Shown piece after piece: positions 27,587 to 41,572 of a stretch of DNA of 64,000 nucleotides. The translations under genes were made by a program, and so were the position numbers. Source of the stretch: Eledone cirrhosa (Eukaryota); NCBI GenBank assembly GCA_964016885.1, contig OZ024746.1, positions 81,468,001-81,532,000 on the forward strand. Reading direction: 5' to 3'. Every line of letters starts with the position of its first letter. Within the stretch, counting starts at the first letter, position 1. The notes beneath the pieces are model-generated. The model worked only from the letters and a program-made list of their open reading frames with translations. It did not search any database and was not told the DNA's origin.

Positions 27587-27813
27587 AATATGGGGAGAAG
27601 AATACTGCATGGTTGCACATGGATTACATATTATAAAATTAGTCCCTCATCAGTGATTTGCCAACGATCATTGGTATTTCATCGCATTAAAAATCATATA
27701 CCTCACGTTGGTGCGAGCAATAACTAAAATAAGTTATTGGGATAAGTGAAACACGTAAAGCGAGTGAGACAAGTAAACTGAAATCAAGGTATATGACATC
27801 AGTGTTAAATGAC

Positions 27814-27870
<57 letters not shown>

Positions 27871-27873
<3 letters not shown>

Positions 27874-28136
27874 GTCATTTAACACTGATGTCATATACCT
27901 TGATTTCAGCAAGGCCCTTGACAGGGTTGATCACAACATTCTACTAAAAAAATATATATATACAACATTAGTGTTTCTGGAAAGTAACTGCAATGGATCA
28001 AGTGTTTCCTGACAAACAAGCCCAACCAAAGTCTGTAGGCGGCGTCCCATTTCTTTTCATTATCTACATCAATGACATTACTGACGTCATCAAGCACAGC
28101 AACATAATAATCTTTGCAGATGATTCCAAGCTCCAG
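27871..28136 (+). pseudogene. LINE RT fragment (CR1/L2/Jockey-type)
   Basis: DVIYLDFSKALDRVDHNILLKK...FIIYINDITDVIKHSNIIIFADDSKL. Confidence 0.8.
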
Positions 28137-28389
28137 TGAAAATCTCATATTCCGTTCCATCAGGTGAAACCCTCGTGGCACTCAGCATCTCAACTCCTTT
28201 AATACACCAGCACTGCATCTCTCTAGGTATCGACTAATACTCTGATTTAAGTTCTTCGTACCACAAAGCCACGAATATTTGTGATGCGTAGGACGATTCG
28301 ATCGGCTTTAGCACTCAACTAGTACTTATTTTAATTGATCGCGGGAGAAGGAAAGGCACATTTGACTTTTGCGCAAATTGACCCCAATG

Positions 28390-28672
28390 CGTTACCGGTA
28401 CTTTATTTTATCGATCCCGTAAGGATGAAAAGAAAAATGATCCTCGGTGGGATTTGAACTCAGAACGTAAATGACCATCAATAACTGTTTCTACTTTTGA
28501 CACAAGGTCACCAATTATCCCAGTGTATTACTGGTACTTTATTTTATCGACCCCGTAAGGATGAAAGGCGGAGTTAACCTCGGCGGATTTGAACTCAGAT
28601 CATAAAGGGCCGTAACTCTTTGCTGCAAAGCATGGCGTCCGACCCTCTACCGATACTGCCAATCCACCGCCC
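28390..28672 (-). mobile_element. Tandem SINE copies
   Basis: Partial copy 28390-28470 and full copy 28484-28672. Confidence 0.85.
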
Positions 28673-28883
28673 TCCAATGGCCATCAATAATGCAAGTCAT
28701 TTTGTAGTTGACTCTACCGATTCTGCCAAATCCAGCGATTACATTGATAGAGACGTGTCCACATACAGGGCCATAGATGACTACATGTTCCACTAAATAG
28801 TTATGTTCTACCATTTCAACACAGGTTGAAGAACTAGTCAAAAAGTCTTTCTCTCTCACTCTCTCTCTCTTTATATGTGTGTA

Positions 28884-28962
<79 letters not shown>

Positions 28963-29314
28963 AAGACCCATTTATCTAAATGTGTCTCTCTCTGTCTGTC
29001 TCTGAGTGTGTGTGGGTGTGTGTTTGCATGTGACCGTCTATTTATATATTAAAGTGCGTGATGTCAAAATACGCAGTCACACGAATAATCTCACACACGT
29101 ACAGACATATTTAAAAGACCGTCCATGCAAACATAAACACACATTTCTATACGGATATGTGCAAGCCTGCCAGTATATGTGTCATACACATACACACACG
29201 CACACGCACACATACACACACACACACAACTAAATATATATATATATATATATATATTTAGTTGTGTGTGTATGTATTTATGTATATATATATATATATA
29301 CATATAAATGTGTG

Positions 29315-29368
<54 letters not shown>

Positions 29369-29617
29369 GTCGGGGAGGGGGCATGTTAAGTACGACTTGC
29401 TCTTTTCAAAGGTTAACCATCATAGACTATAGGTCAAATATAGTTCGCTGACACAAACAAACAATATTGAAAATTCTTTTTCTTCTTCATCAAAATTTTC
29501 AGAAGCCTATGGGACACAATGAAATCCCACCTCAATGTGTTTGTGCGAGTTGTGTGTATAAACATACACACGCATATATATATATGTATATATAAATACA
29601 TATATATGTATATATGG

Positions 29618-29695
<78 letters not shown>

Positions 29696-29769
29696 CCCAC
29701 TCTACTACCCTAAGTATTGAGTACTTTGGTGCGTTATGGTCCACCTGGTTCCTTACCACATTTCCTTCG

Positions 29770-29817
<48 letters not shown>

Positions 29818-29899
29818 GTTATTCCGGGTTGAATCGGAGGTAACCACAGTAAGTAAGGTACTCAATACATAGCAGAGTATAACAGTTTTAATATAGATG

Positions 29900-29950
29900 A
29901 GATTCTACAGGACTAGAACTGTTTCATTCATTAGAAATCATCAGGAATCT
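29900..29950 (-). ncRNA. Type I hammerhead ribozyme motif (family E)
   Basis: Inverse of 29977-30027; arms about 29884-29954 and 29972-30043. Confidence 0.78.
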
Positions 29951-29976
29951 GGGTACATATCTATTTTTTGATACCC

Positions 29977-30027
29977 AGATTCCTGATGATTTCTAATGAA
30001 TGAAACAGTTCTAGTCCTGTAGAATCT
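29977..30027 (+). ncRNA. Type I hammerhead ribozyme motif (family E)
   Basis: AGATTC-CTGATGA-TTTCtaatGAAT-GAAA-CAG/ttctagtc/CTG-TA-GAATCT; GUA site, weak stem II. Confidence 0.78.
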
Positions 30028-30383
30028 CATCTATATTAAAACTATATATATATATATATATAAATGTATATAACCATGCCCATTATATATATATAGCCAT
30101 GTCCATTACGAGCTGACCTAACTCGTCCCATGGACTGAGTGCTCTACCACTACGGATATTACCTTCCAGTGTTCTACCACTATATATATATATATGTATA
30201 TATATATATGTGTATATATATATAATATAAAATCAAAAAAATGGTTAAAAGAGTTCCATGTATGTTATGCGCATTTCAAAAACAAATATCATCATGGGAT
30301 GATATTTGCGTTCTCAAGTTAAATCAAGTGATTTAACACTTCCCTGCTCGCAAGTGTTTTTTAAGCTTCATATCATATCTCCC

Positions 30384-30454
30384 TATTTTATCTGATGAGA
30401 ACGCAAATATCATCCCATGATGATATTTGTTTTTGAAATGTGCATAATAAAATA
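30384..30454 (+). ncRNA. Type I hammerhead ribozyme motif (family B)
   Basis: TATTTTAT-CTGATGA-GAACGCAAATATCATC/ccat/GATGATATTTGTTTTT-GAAA-TGTGCA-TA-ATAAAATA; truncated inverse copy at about 30230-30316. Confidence 0.85.
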
Positions 30455-30573
30455 CATGGAACTCTTTTAACCATCTTTTGATTTTATATTATTTATACTC
30501 CAGTCCTATAATTTGTTGAGTGCTACTTATCCGATATTTGCATTGCTTTATTGTGCTACAATAAAACTCACCT

Positions 30574-30768
<195 letters not shown>

Positions 30769-30830
30769 GTATGTATGTATATATATATATATATATATAT
30801 ATAATGTATATATATATATATATATGTATG

Positions 30831-30883
<53 letters not shown>

Positions 30884-30936
30884 GTGTATGTATGTATATA
30901 TATATATATGTATGTATATATATGTATATATATATA

Positions 30937-31030
<94 letters not shown>

Positions 31031-31196
31031 TACATATATATACATATATATATATACACACATATATAAATAAACCAATCTGTAGAGCAAATATTTATTA
31101 TTAGTACAGGTTAAAGTTTAAACAAAGAATTTTTGCTTTCACCCTATTACGGGTTCTTTGCTTCAACCTTAATCTGTGCTACAGCTATTAATAATA

Positions 31197-31244
<48 letters not shown>

Positions 31245-31442
31245 TACTTGGGGAGGGTCATATTTGTGTAATAATATTGCCAGAATTAATAACAGAACAC
31301 ACTCACTGTTTGGTTGGTTTTCGCTTCTGTGTCTTTTATATCGGTTAATTTAATAATTTATTCGGTCCTCAATGTTTACCATTGACTGACCAACGGTCAA
31401 AAATACAGATACAATATAGACACAAACACATATATATAGTCT

Positions 31443-31484
31443 ATCAAAGTTCTTTCGTTGCACATCTGCAACATCGTCAGTGAT
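31443..31484 (-). ncRNA. Minimal type I hammerhead in the PLE 3' region
   Basis: ATCA-CTGACGA-T-GTTGCA/gatg/TGCAAC-GAAA-G/aa/C-TT-TGAT, about 225 nt downstream of the GIY-YIG stop on the same strand. Confidence 0.8.
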
Positions 31485-31708
31485 GCTATTATGTTTCTTC
31501 CCGTTGCATTGTATGCTTATGCCATCTCTATTTAGTCTGTTTATTTATTTATTTGTTTATTTGTTTGTCTTCTCTGCGCATGCGTTTGCGTGTGTGTATA
31601 GTGTTTTGTTTGATGTGTGTTCTTGTTCTTAGTTTACTAGTGTGTGTTTATATGTGTTTGTTGTTATTGTGCTTGTGTATGTATTTATTTATTTATTTAT
31701 TTATTTAT

Positions 31709-32160
31709 TTATACTTCTCTTAGGTCAGTGTTGTTTGTTTGGATGTTGTTGTTATTCCATCAATTTTTTCTGTTTAGCCTTGGCCTTCTAAGTTCTATTT
31801 CACTGGCCTCTCTGATTTGCCTATCTGCTGGGTCATTTCTATGTTTAGATATTATTCTAACTTCTATGTTGTCTATGTTACCGTTGTGTTGTTGTCTAGC
31901 ATGTTCCTATAGTACTGAACCGTTTTTTCGTCCTTTTAGTTCCCCCCAGTGTTGGTCTATCCTTTCACCTATGCTACGAGCTGTCTCGCCTATGTATGTT
32001 GTTGTCATGTTTCTGCAAGTACCCTCTGTACATCTTATGCTATAGACTACGTTTCTAGTTATACAGTTTATCCGGGGGTTTACTCTACATATGATACATT
32101 TCCTATTAGTACAGTGGGTTTTCTTAAAAGGGTAGGTTTTGCTGATCAGGGATTTTATGG
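31709..32160 (-). pseudogene. Penelope-like element C-terminus: Cys-rich linker and GIY-YIG endonuclease
   Basis: Manual translation: IKSLISKTYPFKKTHCTNRKCIICRVNPRINCITRNVVYSIRCTEGTCRNMTTTYIGETARSIGERIDQHW...SVL*EHARQQH...DPADRQIREASEI...LNRKN*W; two internal stops; not in the supplied ORF track. Confidence 0.9.
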
Positions 32161-32189
32161 CTTTTCTATCACCTTAATCTTTAATATAT

Positions 32190-32690
32190 AAGGAACCAGG
32201 TGGACCATAACGCACCAGAGTACTCGATACTTAGAGTAGTAGAGTGGGTAATAGGAAAATAGTCAGGACACCGACGGCTGAGCTCTGGCCTCTTCTACAG
32301 CTAGATCTGAACTAACCCAGTCAAAACTGCATGCCCATAAATGGACTGTACCCCTTGATGTGTTCCTTGATAAGTTCAGCTAGGTCGCTGCCATCCTAAT
32401 ACTACTTGGTTAGTTCGAATCTAGCTGTCGAAACGGCCGGAGCTCAACCGTCAGGGTCCTGACTCTTTTCCTATATATATATATATATATATAACAAAGG
32501 AATTGTGGTAAGGAACCAGATGGATCATAACACACCAGAGTACTCAATACTTAGAGTAGTAGAGTGGGAAATAGGAAAAAGTATGACCGCGACGGCAGAG
32601 CTCAAGCCGTTTCGACGGCTATTTCTGGACGTCCAGAAATAGCCGTCGAAACGGCTTGAGCTCTGCCGTCGGGGTCATACTTTTTCTTAT
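32190..32690. mobile_element. Two adjacent family M fold-back pairs
   Basis: 32190-32472 (diverged; degenerate core TTGATAA near 32367, CAGCTAG:CTAGCTG stem II, GAAA 32430, GTC 32450) and 32493-32690 (centre GACGTC). Confidence 0.75.
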
Positions 32691-32895
32691 ATATATATAT
32701 ATATATATCGACCGTTACGTACGTTTCGCAGATGATTGGTTCAAGGTCGGTATGAACCATAACCGAAGTCTCGATCTGTTTACTATCTTTTCCAGTCATT
32801 TTGCGTGGGTGTATATGGTGTGTGTGTGTGTGTGTGTGTGTTGTGTGTGTGTATGTGTGTGTGCGTGCGGCGTATCTCTCTCTCTCTCTCACACA

Positions 32896-32942
<47 letters not shown>

Positions 32943-33276
32943 ATCTGTGGGGATGGTCAATTAGTGGTTCAGTCTGGCATGGTCATCGGTGAGGGTGTCT
33001 TCTTTCATTGAGTCTGGCGCTAGTGTCAATAGTCAGTCACAACAACAACAGTTACAACAACAACAAGAAAAGAGGGAAGGACCATTGCCCCACCTGCTAA
33101 AACCACACCTCAAGCAACAACAACAACAACTAACATCGACTCCTCCACCAGCAACAGCGTACTTGCCAGGACACACAGCATGCGCAGGGCGGGTGGTCGT
33201 AGTTGGCGACATGGCCTTTTTATTGCTAAGTTGTTTGTTTGTCGACAATTCTACAACAACGTCAACAAGGCTAGGA

Positions 33277-33655
33277 TTGGTAGTATAGGTAGAGGGTCGG
33301 ACGCCATGCTTTTCAGCATAGTTACGTCCCTTTACGTTCTGAGTTCAAATCCCGCCGAGGTTAATTTTGCCTTTCATCCTTACGAGGTCGATAAAATAAA
33401 GTACCAGTAATGCACTGGGTATTTGTTGGCCTTGTGTCAAAAGTAGAAACAATTATTAAGGGGCGGTGGATTGGCAGTATCGGTAGAGGGTCGGACGCCA
33501 TGCTTTGCAGCAAAGAGTTACGGCCCTTTATGGTCTGAGTTCAAATCCCGCCAAGGTTAACTTTGCCTTTCATCCTTACGGGGTCGATAAAATAAAGTAG
33601 CAGTTATGCACAGGGATAATTGCTGGCCTTGTGCCAAAAGTAGAAACAATTATTA
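33277..33655 (+). mobile_element. Head-to-tail SINE dimer
   Basis: Copies 33277-33457 and 33461-33655 with A/B boxes. Confidence 0.9.
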
Positions 33656-33963
33656 ATAGAGATGATAATAATGGTTTCCTTATTAGCCACACGGCTAATA
33701 TTAAGCAAACAATAGTGACGGTACAGGACGGTACAGTGTGAATTTTGTATGTAAAAAATCGTTAGAAGAAAAACTAAAAATATAAACATTTAAAAAATAC
33801 AACAAAATAAATTCCACAATATGGTGCAGATCTCCGAGTATTTGTCGAGTGCTTTTATATCAGTTATAAATATTTACTAGTTGTAACCCAACAATTTTAA
33901 ATATAACTTTACATATATATATATATATATATATATATTCTGTATAGCTTTTCACATGATGTT

Positions 33964-34045
<82 letters not shown>

Positions 34046-34062
34046 AAAGCTTTACACATGAC

Positions 34063-34109
<47 letters not shown>

Positions 34110-34384
34110 TAAAAAGGATAAGAAAATGCTGACAAATTTTTCCCAGTGAAAAATAATTTAATTAGGAATAAGTATAAATTAGTAATGCGCATTTCTTATG
34201 TTTTTTAAAAATGTTTGCTCTAATAAAAAATTACGAGCACTCTAACTCAAAATTATTTTGAAAAGCATAAGAAATGTGCAACCGGTAAAAACTTAAAACT
34301 AAAACAGAAAAAAAATAAGAACTTTTGGATTAGAACAATGGTAGTGATGAGTTAATATCTGTATACAACGGTACGCGATGGGGC

Positions 34385-34640
34385 CCACCCACAGCCCCGG
34401 CGGACAGAATGGAGAAGGCGTTTCCTCGGAGGACGGCAAGGGAGACGCGCTGGAAAAGCCACTCCAACTCGCGAGGCTCACACCTGCGGCTGGCCAGCTC
34501 AGCGCCTATGGTGGTGAGTAAGGAGGTAGCCCTGGGGCCGAGGACACCAGAAGTCTCCACTGCCAGGGGGTACGACCGCAAACCTGACGGAGAGCAACCG
34601 GTATTTGAGGAGTTTGGACCCCTCAGCCCGACGTGCAGCA
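34385..34640 (-). mobile_element. CRE-clade-like RLE LINE 3' remnant
   Basis: PLAVETSGVLGPRATSLLTTIGAELASRRCEPRELEWLFQRVSLAVLRGNAFSILS; homologous to 17040-17385. Confidence 0.8.
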
Positions 34641-35635
34641 GAACCTGGGTCAGTCGCTGACTGCACCATGATGACATCTTGCTGTCAAAATTAAGGAGCT
34701 GAATCAAGCAGCCTTTAAAAATATAATTGTTTCTATTTTGGGCACAAGGCCAGCAATAACTCAGTACATTACTGGTACTTTAAAAATATAATGAAACATC
34801 TTGTGTGAAGCTCGAATTTTCGAAGTTACAAAGCGCTGGCTGATGAAATAAATTTAAAGATGATGGAAGCTCCGGTGCAGAAATTAACTGCAATTACAAT
34901 CAGTTTTTGTCAGAGGTCCCTTGAGGTCCATTAGCCGCTATCTGGCAGACAAGGAGTTCGATTCTTCTTAGCGGTAAGAAGTACAAAACACGGCGGTCAT
35001 CGGCCGTCGAAATGGCATACAGAAATTACTACTGGAGCGAGATGACGTCCGGTTAAAATATTTTAGCCTGTTTGATCAGTACTGGTCTCTGGTTAAACAG
35101 CAGCAAGTCCTAGTATACAACCTCTTTCTTCTTTATTCACGAAGTAACATTTATGACAGATGGTCAATTCATTTCTACAACATTGCATGCTCATTTTCGA
35201 AATACGTTGGGTTCGTTATGTTCATATATTTGCTTAGTTCGCTAGAAGTGTGATTCGTGTACTATTATGAAGCTCGTATATTTATCTAGTTGATGTAAAC
35301 TTTAAGAAAAGTATGTATATATAAACGAACGTGTATTTAGAAACGATGATCGCAATTGAAATATATGAGAAAGTCAGAGCTTTATCAAATTTCTTGACTA
35401 ATAAAATATAATCTAAATATAGGACATTAAAGGCCTCCATACAGGTGCTAATGTCCACTTTTACCGTTAAGCTGGTTTATATGCCCTATTATTTACAATA
35501 TTTTTTGCATATATGTAAACATACAAACATACGTACATACACATACGTACGTCCGTAAACACATGCATACATGCATACATGCATACATACATACTTACAT
35601 ACATACATTTTGATACATATTTATACGAATATATA

Positions 35636-35822
35636 ATTATTTCTACTTTTGGCACAAGGCCAGCAATTACTCCAGTGTATTACTGGTACTTTATTTTATC
35701 GACCCCGTAAGGATGAAAGGTAAAGTTAACCTTGGCGGGATTTGAATTCAGATCATAAAGGGCCGTAACTCTATGCTGCAAAGCATGGCGTCCGACCCTC
35801 TACCGATACTGCCAATCCACCA
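35636..35822 (-). mobile_element. tRNA-derived SINE, near full length
   Basis: Reverse complement of 33461-33655. Confidence 0.88.
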
Positions 35823-36248
35823 ATATATATAAAAAGAGAACATTTTCAGCCACAAAATGGAAGCAGCCGTAAGAAACGTATTTCAATTATATTTTCGCAT
35901 TAGAAGAAATTTTATAAAATCTTTGAGTAAACCCTACTAAATATATATGCTTTGACCTTGAGAAGATGATTTTCTCACGGAATCGACAAAGTTGGATAAC
36001 CCAAATTCGGCAAAGATAGTCCATCAACGGGACAGTGGAAATCTACAAAACTTTTTACAAAGGTTTAACATTTGACGATTATTACTGTCTGACATCCAAC
36101 AAAATAGACTTACGCTTTTGTTGAGAACGACTGCAGACATTAAAAAATGTTAAGAATAAAGAGCAGACATAAATACATATATAATTAGATAGATAGGTAG
36201 ACATACAAATATAGAGATATATCCCACATCACGTGCATACGCTAATGA

Positions 36249-36404
<156 letters not shown>

Positions 36405-36405
36405 G

Positions 36406-36516
<111 letters not shown>

Positions 36517-37643
36517 AAGTTTTATTTAAAATTGTTGGGTTACAACGAGTAAATATTTTATAATATTTTATATATATATATGTATGTATGTATGTACATA
36601 TATATAAATATATATATAATGTATGTATGTATATATGTATATATATATATATATGTGTGTGTGTGTAGGGAGGGAGAGAAAGACTAGATGGAGACAGATA
36701 TACAAACAGTTTCAGACAGGAGAAACCTATATGTAAAAATGTGAATGTTTGCGTATGTTTATATTAACAGGTATTAACAGACACATACATCTATCTATCT
36801 ATCTCTCTCTATATATATATGATATGGGGAATAATAGTCTTTTACCTATAGTCGTGTCAGTCATGTCTTTCACAATAAACGCGCACACTCGCACGTATAT
36901 ATTGAAGAAGCCTCGTGAATCAATGCCTTATTGATTCACGAGGCTTTGACTCTACATTCAATATTGAATCCTATCATTAGTAAATTTTATGTGATAAACT
37001 TAAGTTAAATCACGCGAAACTACAGTCGGTCTGAGAGCTGGAGAGGTTAAAAGATGTTTGTGTGATTTTGTCTCGTCAATTTTCTTCCTTTGCTCCTTTC
37101 TTCCTGTCACTTCTGTGGACCTACACACTTCTAGCTTCTGATTTCTACTCTTTGAGGTAAATTTTACCCGACTCTGTCATTGACGGCACTTTGTTGTTTG
37201 AACAGCTTTCTTGCGTTGAGTTCTTATTATTCTATGATATATTTATCTTTTTGTGTGTGTGTTCTTGTATGTGCTTGCAGAAAGGGGGAGAGAGGGGTGG
37301 GAGTTGTAATGTGTGGGAAGAAATTAACAAAGAGAATGAGAGACAAAGTGACGGATGCAAAAGCATTTAATATATCAGTGTGTTAAGATTAATTGCTCGA
37401 ACAAATAAAATATTAAATAAGAAAATAAAATAAATAAAAACTGTCAAGAATCTTATAAACAGCAGGAATAAACAACTTTGCAATGAAATAAATATCGGTG
37501 CCGCATTTGTTGTTTTGTATCGCGATAAACAGTAGAAGTATATATAACACTTGTTACAATGCCAGAAATTCAACCAGAGAATACAATTAACTTTACTGTC
37601 TCATATATATATATACACACACACATACATATGTATGTATGTA

Positions 37644-37720
<77 letters not shown>

Positions 37721-38641
37721 TAGTAGACACACCCAAATATATCGCAAATGTACGTGAAGTAGAGCAACAAGTAGTTAGCTCGCTGAGAAGTCGCTATGAG
37801 CGAGAGGATCAGGTGCTATTCGTGTCCTGGGCGTGTTAAAGTTTGCAATAAAGAAGAAATGTATAGTTGACTAAGGACAAAACACAGCGAAAGTAAATAT
37901 CCTGAAACGATTATTATTATTATTTATTATCAGCTATTATTATTAATATTATTTTTACAGCAAAGTACCAGTAATGCACTGGGTAATTGCTGGCCTTGTG
38001 CCTAAAGTAGAAACAATTATTTTTACAGCGAATAGAGATAGTGTATGGTGTCCGCATTTTTAACAGGTCGTCTATGCAAACACTAAATATGATTGTCTTC
38101 ACGGCAATCTTCCTTAGAACCCAGTCGTTCAAGGTCCGCAAAGTTTACAACTGGTTGTTGACGGAGGCGATCTTGCTCAACCGATAGTGGGACACTATCG
38201 GTTGAGCAAGAAAATGATTAGAGTAGTATCTATAAGATTTAGTAAAGAAGCAGCGAGAGAGAAAAATCTCTCGACTTTATTGGAAGGTTCTAAAGTAGGT
38301 GATTAGGAAGAACATCTTGACCGACCAATGAGCGGCTAGAATAACTCTCGACTATGTCTTCAATGTCAGGAAGGGTGTGTTGTAAGCACTATGGAATGTA
38401 CTCGTATATTCGATGAACGAAAGTCGTTCGATAGCCATGACAATCAGGAAATAATATACGACAATTCGATAGCCATGACAATCAGGAAATAACATACGAC
38501 GGAGTTATGTATTATTGCCTGATCAAACCCAGATTCAAGAACACAGCTACTAGGTCACACCTTGTGTAGCCTAGAAATCGTTATTGCGTGTTATAAATCA
38601 CTATTGCGTAGTACTCACCAAGGGTTTCATCATATTTATTA

Positions 38642-39100
38642 CTAGCAGTGGTACCTGGCGTTGCACGGGATAAGGTATTTTGGAACGCGGGCCGCCAACA
38701 GACCTAATCGTGGAAAAACTGCATGCGTGGACAATATGTAAAGAAAATAAACCGAATACTCTGATGGCTGGATAATCTTTAAGATTTTCCTCGATGAAGC
38801 AGGAAAAGTGCAGGTTTTCACCTAATGCGGGCCCTAGGGGATCAAGAAAATGAATTTTTTTTATGTGCATAATATGCCTTGAAATTTCGAGAAAATCGGC
38901 TAGACGTAACGCCTCAAAAAAGCCCTAAAAAGCTGAAAAAATGAAGTTTTTCACCTAATGCGGGCCCTAGGCCATAAAAAAGTTGGATTTTCTTTGCTCA
39001 CGGTATGAAGAAGAGACTGACTAATACATAGTTACAATTTCAAGGAATCAGTTTGACGTAATGACTAAAAAAAAACCTAAAAACCTGAAAAAACTAAACT
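38642..39100 (-). mobile_element. Non-autonomous Helitron-like fragment (3' end)
   Basis: Minus strand ends CCCGTGCAACGCCAGG (hairpin-like) ...CTAG at 38645-38642; internal ~130-bp duplication (TTTTCACCTAATGCGGGCCCTAGG twice). Confidence 0.6.
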
Positions 39101-39554
39101 CCTATAGAAGCCTTTCAGATCGTCATGACAATCGAGTCTAGCTTAGCTGAGAACATGATGACTCTTGGTCAATAAATGCATTTGTGATTTGATGAATATT
39201 GAGAACCTGTAAAATGATTTGATTTAACTTCATTTATAATTGTTTCCTTAATGAAGTCTTTGGTGAAATATATATTGGTTTAAAATAATTATTTTCACTG
39301 CACTATACGAACCTTTATCCTAATTAGACATATGGCTTTTGAGTGATTGCTTTCTAATTCAAGACACGAAGAATGAAGTTAATAGTCCGATGAAATGAGT
39401 GTCTGTATTTCAAATTTTCCATCCGAAACCAACAGCGCAGAGAGAAATGAATTCCACCAGGTTCACATATCCTACATGATACCCCCCCCCCCCCCCAAAA
39501 AAAAAAACAGGACTTCGATGTTATTTTTCTATATTTTTTTGTTTTTTCATTGTA

Positions 39555-39590
39555 TCTTCTGATGAAGAACTGCCGTCCGAAACCTTAAGA
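39555..39590 (+). ncRNA. Degenerate minimal hammerhead (family G)
   Basis: TCTT-CTGATGA-AGAACtgccGTCC-GAAA-CCTT-AAGA; downstream sequence shared with 51810-51897 and 12825-12912. Confidence 0.55.
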
Positions 39591-41572
39591 CACTTTTCCT
39601 ACTATATCAACCGTTAAACTAATATATATCTCTATTGTACTGTGTTAGTTGCTTAGCTGTTTTCCGTTTAATTTATGCATATATATATATATATATATAT
39701 ATATTCTTACACGTATGACCATACACTACCACATGATACGAACGTGCTCTAGTAGTCTTATTTGTACACCCACGTGCTGTCTTGTTTCTATTACCTTCCC
39801 TCCTCTCTTTCCCCTCCCCTTCTCTCCCCAACATCCCGTTTCACTAAAGTTTCTAATGGATAATATAGTTGATAGGATAATCTCCTTTCCTAAACGTTTG
39901 TTTTAAACAAATGAAATAAAGTCGATTACTGGTTTAACTTAGGGTCAGTGATAATAATTTTAAAAAAGGTGAAAACTAAGGTGCGGTCAATTTCTTTTAT
40001 TCTTTGTACCTTTGTTGTTTTCGTATGCTTATTTGTACCTTTATTCACGTTAATAAAATAAAACCAAGGTCATTTAAAAACCCTTGATACCTCACTCAAA
40101 CAATTTTTTTCTTTTCATAAGCACAAACAACAATGAAGATTAAGACGAACAGCTACAATGGCAGCAACAACAATACTAATAGCAGCAACAACAACAACAC
40201 TAATAGTAGCAGCTGTAACAACAACAACGAAGAAGACAGATCAGCAAAAACAGCAACAACAAAACAGCAACAATAATCATAATGATAACAGTAACACTGA
40301 TGATATTTTCTAACATGAACGAACAACATACGTTAGAAGTACGATCTTGTTGAAGTGATTACAAGACGCGAACTCAATTCCTGTTGTTTATGATACCAAT
40401 TAGAGTAATTTCCACCGTGAGATGAATTCAAAGGTGTTTCAGTTGTGTGTGTCTTTTTTTTTTCTTAGACACTATATTTAGGACCGCATTATCCATTGGG
40501 TACTTCAGCTATTGTTGCATTTTAAAGCTGTAATGTGATTTCAAGACGATTTAGCTGCATTTCAAGCAGGTTGAGTTATTGCATGAACTCTTGACATCAC
40601 ATCTCTTCACCTGCTTACAAATAACATGAGAAAAAGTTATAGTACTGTTGTATTTTAAAATGAAACCAAGATTGACATTACTTTATCACCAAAACCCAGG
40701 GCCGTCACTACATTTAGGCCTACAAGGAAGCAGCCTAGGGCGCAGACCTCAGATAGGTGAACAGTGTCATATGGTGTTATGACGCGTAACTTGATTTGGT
40801 GTGAGTATGTAGAAAATACAATATTTGTAATTTATTTAGTAAGGTTAGAGCAAGAAGTGTCACAAACTAGGTTTGTCAGCTTATTAAACTGTAAGTTTAA
40901 ATTATTATATTTGAGGGAATGAGGCGCGCATTGTAGAGCTAACCTAGAGTGCCAAATACTCAGATGCTGCCCCTGCACCAATACCACAGATTGGAGCGTT
41001 TTATTACAATTCGATAAGATAAATGTTAGTACTTTAATTAAGGGCAGAATATTGCCTGTACATACTGTATCAACTCTAGCCTCTTTCCGAGGGGTTAAAA
41101 GATGAGGACAACGACCCTTGCTGGAGTTAAAGACGGTAAAAATAGATATGACCAGATCAATCATCATTTTCATTGGCTTCGGACCCTAGTTCTGATAATA
41201 AATATTTTCACACACAGGAGGATATCACCCTCCAAGTTGATCACTTAACTCAGTGGTTCCCAAATATTGTTTCTAATTTTACCTTACTTAAAATCAGACC
41301 CGTTCAAATTATGCAAACGTAAAATTGCGTATTAAACAAAAGACAAGCTTACGATTCTAGTACATTTGAGTTTTTACTGTAGTGTGCTTCTATAAGCTTA
41401 ATCTTAGTGTGGTGAAGTTCTGTTTTCGTCATCAGATTTTGGATGTATGTCTTGTTCAGTCTTTGACAGAAGCAGCCGCATATCTTGATATCCTTGCCTG
41501 GATAGGATTTCTAAATCATTAATTTTTTAATTATATTTGATTAATTTATATGTAAAATAGGGTGTATATATA

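Noticed and set aside
27620-27660. Further HHR candidates (27638-27654 minus, 774-812 plus, 915-960 minus, 34185-34225 minus)
   Set aside because: Only one core half is recognisable or stems are missing; too decayed to call.
31760-31762. In-frame TGA as selenocysteine in the PLE endonuclease
   Set aside because: Not at a Cys-equivalent position, the same frame has a TAG stop, and I see no SECIS-like motif between the stop and the HHR.
32989-33288. Gln-rich 99-aa ORF as a host exon
   Set aside because: Low complexity (CAA runs), no recognisable domain, runs into a SINE.
33461-33555. tRNA gene
   Set aside because: A and B boxes are present but belong to the multi-copy SINE head; no full cloverleaf.
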